Positions 32,338-43,433 of a DNA stretch of 64,000 nt are shown one piece after another. The position numbers and the translations under genes are program-made. Source of the DNA: the human T2T-CHM13v2.0 reference genome, Homo sapiens; NCBI RefSeq assembly GCF_009914755.1, contig NC_060948.1. One strand, 5' to 3'. Each line of letters starts with the position of its first letter. Within the stretch, counting starts at the first letter, position 1. The notes under the pieces are model-generated. The model saw only the letters and a program-made list of their open reading frames with translations. It was not told where the DNA came from and did no database searches.

Positions 32338-35300
32338 GCCAAGTTACGACAGACAAAACACATACATAATGGGCCCAGGAGAGGTCAAAATACTTTCTTT
32401 GGCTCTGGGACAAGCATGAAAGTCACATTAACAGGGTGCTGGGCCCAGAAATCTGCAATAATTATCTCTATATGCAGGACCCAGGTAAAAGACTAACATC
32501 ATCTGTGTGTTGGGGTCCTGCAATAGGTCAAAATTTATTGTGTGATCATGGTTCAAGAAAAAAGAAAAAAGTAAAATAACCTGAGGGCTGGGCTCAGCAA
32601 TATGGCATAAACCACTGTTATAAAAGCCAGGGAGAAGAAGCAGTCTCTTCACTTAGGCCAAGGGCTCATAGATGTTCCCCACTGCAGACAAATATCTGCA
32701 GGGCCCAGGCAGAAAAGGAGAGTCATATCACCTAGGTACTTCCCTAGTTATACATCACAATCCAACATTTGGGCAGAAATTAGACAGAAGAGACATATCA
32801 CTTGGGTACAGCCTGTAATAATATGCCAGATCCCCAATGTAGACAGTTTTGAAGAAGAAAAAGAGAATCACACTGGCTGGGTGCTAAGCTCAGAATTATG
32901 AAATAAAGCCTGGCAGAGTTTAGGAAAAAAAGGAAAGTCACGTCACCAAGGTATTTCACTCAGTAATATGTCACAATTTCTTCAGCCGGCAGAATCCAGG
33001 CAGGAGGGGAGAGTCACATTACCTAGATGCTATATCTCACGATATGTCATAGTGCCCCTGTGGGCAGGACACTGGCAGGGAGACATATCAGGTAGCCAAT
33101 AGGCCCAGAGATATCTAAAAATATTCCCTGATTAAAAGGTCCAGCCAGAAGAATCACATTATCATGATTCTGAACCAGTGATATGTAACAAAGTGCTTAT
33201 AGAAAGGAATTTAAACCAAAAAGTCTCAACACCTGGGTACTAAGCAAATGGATATGACACATCTTTTCATTTTTAAGGGCGAAAATATTAACTGTTAGCT
33301 AGTTGTGTATATGAGAGCCACAGTCTCACATATGTACTGGCCATTGTATGGCACTCTCTATAACATCAGGGAACTTTGTTCAGCATGCATCAGAGTTGCT
33401 AAACTTTCTGAGGCTTACATGTTTATATGGACTCATGATCTTATATATAGCCATAAACCCAGGCATGACAGAATACAGATTTCCTATACACTGGACTCAG
33501 GAATGAGACCACAATTATGCCTGTTACCTGGAGCCAAAAATGAATCACCATCCTATATGTGGCCACATTCACTTATGAATGTCACAATTCCAACTTTCTG
33601 CTGTATTTACTTGTTAGACTGAGGACCTCAACAATGGGCTTTGTAAATTGAGAATATGTAGTCAAGAGTCACAATCTTAACTTTTTGCTGGGCCCTATTA
33701 TCAAACTCTCTATACCAGCCAAGAAGTTTCTCTGATATGATTTAGTATTGTAAATTTCAGTGAGTTCTGCACAAGTATGCAATGAAGGACCTTAACTATT
33801 GACATAAACATAGTTGCTTGAGGCAAGATATCCCCTGTTGGCTGAATCCCAATATAAGCTTGATCATCTTACCTTTGAACTGAAGCAAGGTATATATCCT
33901 AATCCCATTTGTGGGCAAGAAAATTAGGCAAAAAGTTAAAATCACTTAACTGATGTGCCACACAACATGTCACAGTGTCATCTCTAGGCAGGGCCTAGAA
34001 AAGAGGGTCACATGAACTGGGGGCTGGAGCCACCAATATGATACAAACTCATGTTGAAGAAACCCAGAAAAGTGATGAGGTCAAAACACCTAAAGAATGG
34101 GCCAATAATATGTCAAAATACCTTCTGGAGCTCTGGCAGAAGGAGGAGAGTTACATCATTGGAGTACTGGGCTGAGCAATATGCTATAATGTTTCCATTT
34201 ATGCATGACCTAGGCAGAAGAGTGACATAATCTGGGTGCTGGGCCCTGAAGCACAGGAAAAGTCCTGTTTGTGGGCATTGTTCAGCAAGAAAACAAAAGA
34301 CACATTACCTAAGTGCTGGACTCATTAATATGTCAGAATATTCCCATCAGAGAAGCACAGACAGAGGAAGAGTCAAATGACTTAGGTCATGGGCTCAGAG
34401 ATGTGTCTCAGTGTCACCAGTAAGCTGGGCTCAAGCAGAAAAAGAGAGTCATATAACCCAGTTGTTTCCTTAGGTATATGTCATAATTTAATATGTGGGC
34501 AGAAACCAGGCTGAGGAAACACATCACCTGATTCTTGGTCCTGATGTATTCACATCACTTGTCACCCTTAGAAAAGGACCCAGGCAAGGGAGATACATCA
34601 CCTAGGTCCAGATTCCACCCTTATGTCACAATGCCCCATGTGGGCAGGACCAAGCAGGAAGTCACATTAATTAGGTGATAGCCACAGAGATATGTCAAAA
34701 AGTCTTCCCTAAAGCATGGCTCTGGCAAAAGAGCATCATCACCTTTGTGCCTGGCCTAGCAGTATGTCACTCTTCAAGTGGGCAGGTCCTATAACCTACA
34801 TGATAGGCCCTGTGATATGGCAAAATGTCCTCTTTGAGGAATGGCCCTGGAAAAATAGTATCATCAGTGATGTGCCTGGCCTAGGAATGTGTCATCATCC
34901 ATCCCTGTGTGCAGGGCTCATTCCAGAGAGGAGAGTTACATCTCCTAAGTGATGGACACAGTGATGTTGTTAAGATGTTTCTGGGCATGGTGCAGACACT
35001 AATGTAAAGTAACCTGGGAGCTGGATCCAGCGATGTCACCATTCTTACTGAGCATGATCCAGGCAGAAGAGTCACAGCACTTTAAAATTGGCTTAGGTAG
35101 ATGTCAAAATCCCATATGTTGGCTGGAACGAGTCAGAAGAGTAAAATCACACAGATACCTGACAAAGATTTATATCACAATTATGATGGAATAAAATACC
35201 ACACATGTGCTGTTTTCATGTAGGACAGTTGCCTCCATCCATCTGTAATAGTGAAAGTCCTTACTGTCAGCTGGGTCTCAGCATTGGAGACCCAGAATCC

Positions 35301-35919
35301 CTTTTGTGTGCTAGGCCCTGTTATGACACTCTCTATACAACCCAAGGGTGTTATAAGATATGTGTGAGTTTTGTAATCTTCTGTGACATTTTACAGAAGA
35401 AGATCCTGGAAATCACTCAGGTACATGAACCTAGAAGAGTCAAAATTTCTCCTATTGGCTTGGTCCACCTATGAGAGTCATTATTATGCCTTTTAGCTGT
35501 GCCTAAGTATATGTCACCATCCCCTTTGTGGTTATTAAACAGGCAGGAAAACCATGTCACCTAAATCCTAAGCCAGAAATATTCCAATATTCTCTTTGTA
35601 GGCAAAACACGAACAGAAATCTCACAAATATGGGGTGTTAACCCAACTCTATGGCATAATGCCTCCTATGGAGATTGTCCAGGCAGGAAAGGAGAGTCAT
35701 ACCACCTAAATGATGGCACAGAAATATGTCACAATACCTACTATTGAAAAGGTTAGGCAAGAGGGTTATGTCATTTGGATGCAGTGCTTAAAAATGCTAC
35801 ACTCTTCACAGGAAGCAGGGTTCAGACAGGAGAGGAGAGTCACATAAGCTAGACGATAAGTCTAGAAATATGTTATGATTTCTTCTGAGGATAGTGTTAA
35901 GACACAAAATTCAAATCAC

Positions 35920-36928
35920 TGTTGTGGGAAGTCAGGGAACCCGAACAGAGGGGCTGGCTGAAGCCATGGCAGAAGAACATAAATTGTGAAGATTTCATGG
36001 ACATTTATCACTTCCCCAATCAATACTCTTATAATTTCCTATACCTGTCTTTACCTTAATCTCTTAATCCCAGTATCTTCATAAGCTGAGGATGTGTGTC
36101 ACCCCAGGACCCTGTGATGATTGTGTTAACTGAAAAACTTGTTCATAAAGCATGTGTGTTTGAACAATACGAAATCTTGGCACCTTGAAAAAAGAACAGG
36201 ATAACACCAATGTTCAGGGAACAATGGAGATAATCATTAGGTCTGACTGCCTGGGAACCAGGCAGGACAGAGTCATATTTCTCTTATTACTGAAAATGGG
36301 TAAGAGAAATATTGCTGAATTCTTTCCTCAGTAAGGAATACTAATAATTAACAGCCCTGGGAAAAGAATACACTCCTCGGGGGAGGGGAGCCTCTAAAAC
36401 GGCCACTCTGGGAGTGTCTGCCTTATGCAGTTGTAGATAGGGATGAAACATGCCCTAGTCTCTGGCAGTGTCCACAGGCTTGCTAGGATTAGGAAATTCC
36501 AGCCTGGTGAATTCTAGTCAGACTGGTTCTCTGCTCTTGAACCCTGTTTCTGTTAAGACATTTGTCAATGACAATGCATGCACAGTGGGACATGAAACTC
36601 CATCAGCAATTCTAGTTTCACCCTGGCCTTGTGACCCTGCCCCACCCATTCGCCTTGTGATGTTTTATTGCCTTTGAAGCATGTGATCTCTGTGACCCAC
36701 ACCCAATGTGTACACTCCCACCCCTTTGAAATTTGCTAATTAAAAACTTTCTGGTTTTGCAGCTCAGGGGGCATCATGGAACCTGCTGACATGTGATGTC
36801 TTCCCCAGACAACCAGCTTTAAAATTTCTCTCTTTTGTACTCTTTCCCTTTATTTCTCAGACATGCCTGCACTTAGGGAAAATAGAAAAGAGTCTATATT
36901 GAAATATTGGGGGCTGGTTCCCCTGATA
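35920..36928 (+). promoter_or_regulatory. MER11 5' LTR (about 1.0 kb), followed by degenerate tRNA-Lys PBS at 36931-36946
   Basis: PBS tggtgcaccaatgtg compared with TGGCGCCCAACGTG. Confidence 0.88.
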
Positions 36929-37090
36929 TCTGGTGCACCAATGTGTTTTTTTCTTTTTCCTAAGTGCATGTGGGAATCCAATTCCCTTTGGTAGGTAGGT
37001 GTGGAGAAACATCATCGGTTTGGTCCACAGAAACACTTGTTCAACTCCCTGATGATTTGTGAGTAGTCTGTGAATTTGTCTGGGTTAACT

Positions 37091-38436
37091 ATGGGTCATA
37101 CAGAGTCTAAAAATTATACTTATCTCTTCTATATTAAACTCCAGTTAAAAGAGGAAAGGGTTTGAGTGCCCATGGAAAAATATGATCACTCTATTCAAGA
37201 GAGTGGGAAAATACTGTCCTTGGTTTCCTGAAAAAGGAAACTTAGATGTAGACCTGTTAAAACGGGGAAGGGTCTAAGTAACCATGGAAAATATGGTGAC
37301 TGTATTCAGGGCAGTGGAAAAATACTGTCCTTGGTTTCCTGAAAAAGGAAACTTATATGTAAAATTATGGGATCATGTTGGTTCAATATTCTGGGAACTG
37401 GTCTCGACAGGGAATTATGTTCCCATCGCTGTGTGGGGTGATTGGGCCTTGGTACATGCTGTCCTAATACCTCCTCAACTTTCCTTTCCCATACCGCCTT
37501 TGTTATCTGCTCAGCCTCTCCCTTCACCTACTCCTCCCCCCACCTAACGATGCTGAAAATTCAGTGTCTAACTCCAGTAACTTTGGCTTAATGTTACCCC
37601 CTGCTGACCTTATTTCTTTTCATGAAAAGCCAGTACTTGTAACTCCCGTGGCCCCAACTCCTACAGCCCATTTCCATATATGTGGTAATTCTTCTCTCTT
37701 CAAACCTCTGGTGTCAGCTAATGGCTCTGGAACCAAACTACAATTTACCTTTAATTCTCCAAGCACTCCCCCATCCATCGCATCCCCGCACCCTCCTGTC
37801 ATTTCAGTTCCTCAACCGGTCTGCATCATTGTGTACCTCTCAATCTTACCTTTTTAAAAGAATTTAAGGATGCTTGTACTCAGTATGACCCTACTTCTCC
37901 TTATGTTAAAATGGTATTACAAACTTTTGTACAGAGGTCATTTTCCTTCCTTTAGACTGGGACCTTTTGGCAATAGCTGTTCTAACCCATCTCAGCATTT
38001 ACAGTTTTGTACCTGGTGGTCAGAGAAGGCCTATTTGCAGGCTCAGCTAAATTTGACTAATGGCATTCTAACTACTCAGGCTCAGCTCACAGGGTCTGAT
38101 AATTTCTCTGATACTTATGCCCAATTAAACTTTGATGCTCTTACCACAGAACAAGTAGCAAAGGTGTGTATGAGAGCTTGGGATAAATTACGCACCCTAG
38201 GCCAAGCTCCTGCTTCTTTTACTACTGTTAAACAAGGTCACACTGAATTATACCCTGATTTTTTAGCTAAATTACAAGATGCTGTTGAAAAATCTGTCTC
38301 TAATTATCATGTTCAAGGTGTTCTCCTTTGTATGTTAGCTTTTGAAAATGTGAACCATGAGTGTAAGATGGCCATGCATTCCATCCAATGACAAAATTTA
38401 CTGGATCACGAGATGTTGCCTGCATACATTAAAGTT
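37091..38436 (+). pseudogene. gag: HML-8 gag remnant (MA, CA with MHR; NC missing)
   Basis: MGHTESK start; CPWFPEKG MA motif; MHR VKQGHTELYPDFLAKLQDAV. Confidence 0.88.
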
Positions 38437-39990
38437 TAATCTGACACACCTGTGAGGATTAAACACCTGCAGTGGCTTCTAAAGAAAACTGGAGGGTTTA
38501 ACTCAATTAGTTTCTGAACAGTTACAACTTGGTAATGCAGAATTTTCCCTTTTCCCCTGGAATTCTACTGTGTTTCTAGTAAAAAAAGAAATCAGGAAAG
38601 TTGCAGATGGTAACTCATTTAAGGGCCACTAATACTGTAATTAAACCTATGGGAGTCATCCAACCTGGCATGCCTGCCCCTGCTTTAATATCTAAGTTTT
38701 GACCTCTCATTTGATCTTAAAGATCATTTTTTATATTGCTTTACATGAATTGAATTGTGAAAAATTTGCTTGTACTTTACCATCTATCAATAATCAGGAG
38801 CCTGCAGCTCGTTATCAATGAAAGCACTTCCTCAGGGAATGCTGAATAGCCCTACAATCTGCCAGCTTTATGTTAGACAAGTGCTTTCACCAGTTTGAGC
38901 CCAATTCCCCAGGCCTATATTCTTCATTATATTGATGATATTTTAGTTGCCACCCCCCTTCATAAAGAATTAATTGACTGTTATCAAATTTTGAGCCATT
39001 GTGTTACAGAGGCTGGATTGCACATCACTCAGAATAAAATTCAGCAGACCACTCCTGTTTGATATTTAGGAATGGTGGTTGATAAACAACGTATTCAACC
39101 TCAAAAAGTTCAAATTAGGAGAGATTCTTTGAAAACTTTAAAGACTTCTGAAACCTTTGGGTAACATTAATTATTTAAGACCTACTTTAGGCATTCTGAC
39201 CTATGCACTGTCTAACTTGTTTTCTACACTGTGGGGAGATTCCAATCTCTGCAGTTCCAGGAGTTTGACACATGAGGCTTCACCAGGACTGGAATTCATA
39301 GAGGGAAGAATCCAGACTGCCCAGCTATCTAGAGTACAGCCATTTCAGCCTTTTCAGCTTCTAGTTTTTGCTTCCTTGCACTCCTCTACTGGGCTAATAG
39401 TTCAACATAATGATTTAATAGAGTGGTGTTTTCTTCCCCATTCTGTGTCAAAAGCTTTGTCTGTTTATCTGGCCCAACTGGCCATCTTAATTGAACAAGC
39501 TTGGTGTAAAATACTTGAAATTTCTGGATTTGATCCAAATTTAATTGTAGTTCCTTTAAATTGGCTCAAAATTCAAGCCACCTTTCAACATTCTGTACTG
39601 TGGCAAATTCACTTGGCTGATTTTATTGGCGTTATTGACAATCATTATCCAAAAAACAAATTGTTTAATTTTATAAAAATGACATCTTCGGTGGTCTCTT
39701 GCTTAACCAAAGACCAGCCCATTCCTGAGGCCATTACAGTGTTCACTGATGGCTCCAGTAATGGAAATGCTGGCTATGTGGGTCCTACAGACAAGCTTAT
39801 TTCTACCCTTTATACCTCTGCTCAAAAGGCAGATTTAATTGCTGTAATTACTGTCTTACAGGATTTCCCTAAACCTTTAAATATTGTCTCTGATTCTACT
39901 TAATGTGGAAATGAGGATATGCTTGCATTTCACCAGGAGATCATCAATCCCCTCTCTGAATATCCACTAGGAGAATCAAGCTTCATGTGA
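38437..39990 (+). pseudogene. pol: HML-8 pol remnant (RT, partial RNase H, integrase C-terminal tip)
   Basis: [13 protein letters not shown] at 38928-38939, VFTDGSSNG. Confidence 0.9.
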
Positions 39991-40289
39991 ATATTGATGA
40001 CAAAAACCACAGGGAACAGAGGTCCGCATCAGAGACGGACCTCAGCCATGGTGAGATCTGTGCCAACTCCTCAGAAGCTGGCCCACCAAATCAAGATGGG
40101 TCTGGTTCAATCGTCCTTGATGGCAATGGAGACCCATCTAACCAATCCCACTTCACCTAATTACCTTTCTTTTTCCCCTTACAGACCTAAAAATCTCACC
40201 GTTCATATTAACCTGAAAATAACATCCCTCTGTTCTTCTCTTCCTCCCTGAATCTCAGCACTGAATCTTACTTACAATAGGTTTTGTTT

Positions 40290-40995
40290 AATGATTCTCC
40301 TCCTTATACATTCTGTCTCACCAGTTTCCTCTCACACTGATTTACCTGCTACACAAAATTATTCTTAGTGGGCTTATGTGTCTTTTCCTCCACTTATTTG
40401 ACCTCTCACCTGGATGGATGCTCCTGTGGAAATCTACACTAATGACAGTGCATGGATGCCTGGACCTACAGATGACTGTTGCCCCACTCAACCAGGAGAA
40501 GAAGCCACTGCATTTAATGTTACTATGGGTTGTAGTTATAGATGCCCATCTCTGTGCCTCAGACAGGCAGCTGGTTGTATACATCTAGAAACTCTAGTCT
40601 GGGCTGCTTATCTTCTGGAGAGATCAGCTACAGAGGAACCGGGGCATTTGGTCTCTGGCCTCTCCCTTTCTCCTTTAAAACAAATGAAAGGGAGAGTAAT
40701 GGGAGATGCCTCATACTTTCAATATAAACCTGCAGGAAAAGCATGCCCTAAAAATTTTGAGGGCCCATCTAAAACTTTAGTTTGGGATGATTGTGTTAAC
40801 TCACATGCAGTAATATGAAAAAAAGGCTCATATGGTTTAGTAATAGACTGGGCACCAAAGGGCTATTTAAAAAACAACTGCTCCTCTGGTGGAAGGGAAT
40901 GCCTGGAGGCTACTTATTTTGTTTCTTATCAGGAGAATGAGAATCATCATTCTACTTTGAATAAGAGGTTCAGCTTTTTCTTTCCCTTAAAATGG
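40290..40995 (+). pseudogene. env: HML-8 env SU remnant
   Basis: WAYV.FPP, WMDAPVEIYTNDSAWMPGPTDD, typical of HERV-K SU. Confidence 0.85.
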
Positions 40996-41241
40996 GAAGC
41001 ATGTGATCTCTGTGACCGACACCCTATTTGTACATTCCCTCCCCTTTGAAAATTGCTAATTAAATCTTGCTGGTTTTGCAGCTCAGGGGGCATCACAGAA
41101 CCTGCTGACATGACCAACAAGACACTCAGCTTTAAAATTTATCTCTTTTGTACTCTTTCTCTTTATTTCTCAGACCCACTGACACTTAGGGAAAATAGAA
41201 AAGAACCTATGTTAAAATATTGGGGGTTGGTTCCCCTGATA
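40996..41241 (+). mobile_element. 3' MER11 LTR, last ~250 bp only
   Basis: Aligns to 36676-36928 of the 5' LTR. Confidence 0.9.
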
Positions 41242-43122
41242 AATCACCAAGGTTCGTGTCTCAGGTATATGTCAAAATGTCATCAGTGAGCTATAACCAG
41301 GCAAGATTATTAAATCACTCAGGGGCTGGGCAAAGGAATATGTCACAATAACACTGGTGGAAAAGTTTAGGGATACGAGTCACCATCCTGCACATGTCCT
41401 GGCTCCAGGTACAAAAGTCACTGATAGACCTTTCATCTAGTCTCAGGTATATTCCACAACATCACCTGTGGACAGGGAGAAGAAAGGAAAGTCACACCAC
41501 CTGAGTGGGATCTGCTCCACTGAAATGTCACAATCCTCCTTGTGGGCAGGATTCTGGAAGAAGAGTCACATCACATAAATGCTGGTTTCAGTGAGATATC
41601 TGAACCCCTCTCCTCACCATGGGCAGGGCCTGCCGGGGCTTAGGCAGTATAGGAGACAAACTTCACCTAGGAAATTAGCCTGGATATTTGTCATAATTTC
41701 CCCCGTGTGCAGGACCATGCAGGAGAGGGACCTGACTTGGTGCTGGGTTCAGCAATATTTCACAATCTTTCTGGTGGTCAGGGCCCAGGCAAAAGAGTAG
41801 AAACCTCACCTAGATACTGAGACAAGTGATATGTTCCAAAGTTTCCTATTGGCAAACCTCTCCCCAAAAAAGAGTCACAACACCTGAGTGCAGTACACAG
41901 TGATGTGTCACAATGCACTGTAAGTGCAGGGCCAAGGCAGTAGAAGAAAATCACATAACTTATGTGACAGGCCTAGATAAAAGCCACAATGCTCTTCACA
42001 GGCAGAGTTCAGGCCAAGAGTTCATATCAACTTGGTGCTGGTCCCAGGGATATGAAAAAGTGCCCTTTGTCACATTGCCAAAGGTGCTTGGTGCATGTAT
42101 TTTACAATTTCAACTGTGCTCTGGGACCAGAAAGGAGGGTCAAAACACTCAGATGCTGAACAAAGTCATACTTCTCAATCACAAACTTGAAAATGTTCAG
42201 AAATAAGTTTCACAGTCCCACAAAATTCCTGGCTTCAGGTATGAGAGTCAGCACCCCCTATGAAGTACAGGCATTACAGTCTCAACAAGGGGACAGATCC
42301 ATGTATAAAAGCCCCAATCCCAGTTAATAATTGTGTTCCAGTAAGAGAGTCAAAGCACCACAGTTCTACTGAATAATGGTTCAAACGTCATCAAATCACC
42401 TGTGGAGCAGATTCATGTATGAGAGTAACAATATCAACTACTCAGGTGTGAGAGATTTAGCACCTCATTTGTAGGCTCTGTTAATGTGTGAGAATGACAA
42501 TTACGTCAGCTGGGTGTGGATCTGAGAATCACAATGACTGGCTATGAGAGTTGAAATATCTCTCCTGGCTAGGTCTAGGTATGAGGGTTATTATTGTGCA
42601 TATGAGCTGAATCCAGGTATATGTCACCGTTTCAACTTTGGACAGAGACAAGAGAGAAGTGTTATGTAATCAGGGTGTCGAGCCAGGGATATATTATAAT
42701 CTCCTTTGTAGGCAGGACAACGTCAGAAGAATCATATCACCTGGGTACAATCTCAAATATGTCATCATGCTCAGTGTATACGGGGTTGAAAAAATAGTGA
42801 ATAGTCACATTCCCTAAATGCTGTGTGCAGTAATATCTGATAACTCCCTCTCTTGGCAGAGTCCAGGAGAAAGAGGAGAGTCACATCACCCAGGTTTTGC
42901 ACTCAGTGGTATGTCACAATTTCTTCAGTGGGCAGGATCCAGGGAAGAGAGGAGAGTTACGTTACCTATATGCTATATTTAGCAATATGTCAGAGTGTCT
43001 TCTGTGGTCAGAAAACCAGGAGGAGAAACCCATCACCTAGCTGATTAGCCCAAAAATATGTGACAGTGTTTGACAGTGTCCCCTGTTGGTTGGGTCCAAG
43101 CTGAAAAGTTACATTGCTATAA

Positions 43123-43433
43123 TTTTTTTTGTTTTTGTTTTTAAGACAGAGTCTCCCCCGTCACACAGGCTGGAGTTCAGTGACATGATCTAGGCTTACC
43201 AGGCTCACTGCAAGTTTTGCCTCCCATGTGGACGCCATTCTCCTACCTCAGCCTCCTGAGTAGCTGGGAACAGAGGTGCCTGCCACCAGGCCCGGCTAAC
43301 TTTTTTTGTATTTTTAGTAGAGACAGGATTTCCCCATGTTAGCCAGGATGGTCTTGATCTCCAGACCTCCTAATCTGCCCACCTCAGCCTCCCAAAGCGT
43401 TAGGATTATAGGCGTGAGCCACCACACCTGGCC
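43123..43433 (-). mobile_element. AluY/Sc8-like
   Basis: gcaag...cgccattctcc and ttagccaggatggtc diagnostics; degenerate acatt TSD. Confidence 0.92.

Larger units (their letters stand above)
35920..41241 (+). mobile_element. HERV-K HML-8 (HERVK11/MER11) provirus, multiply deleted, 5.3 kb
   Basis: 6-bp TSD aatcac (35914-35919, 41242-41247); MER11 termini tgttgtgggaagtcaggg...ggttcccctgata; gag, pol and env remnants. Confidence 0.92.

Noticed and set aside
39157-39903. 248-aa ORF as a functional retroviral protein
   Set aside because: RT connection plus truncated RNase H only, TTG start, catalytic RT region upstream is frameshifted.
39994-40251. Rec/Np9-like accessory ORF
   Set aside because: Falls in the env leader region, has no recognisable Rec motifs, and the env 3' region needed for a second exon is deleted.
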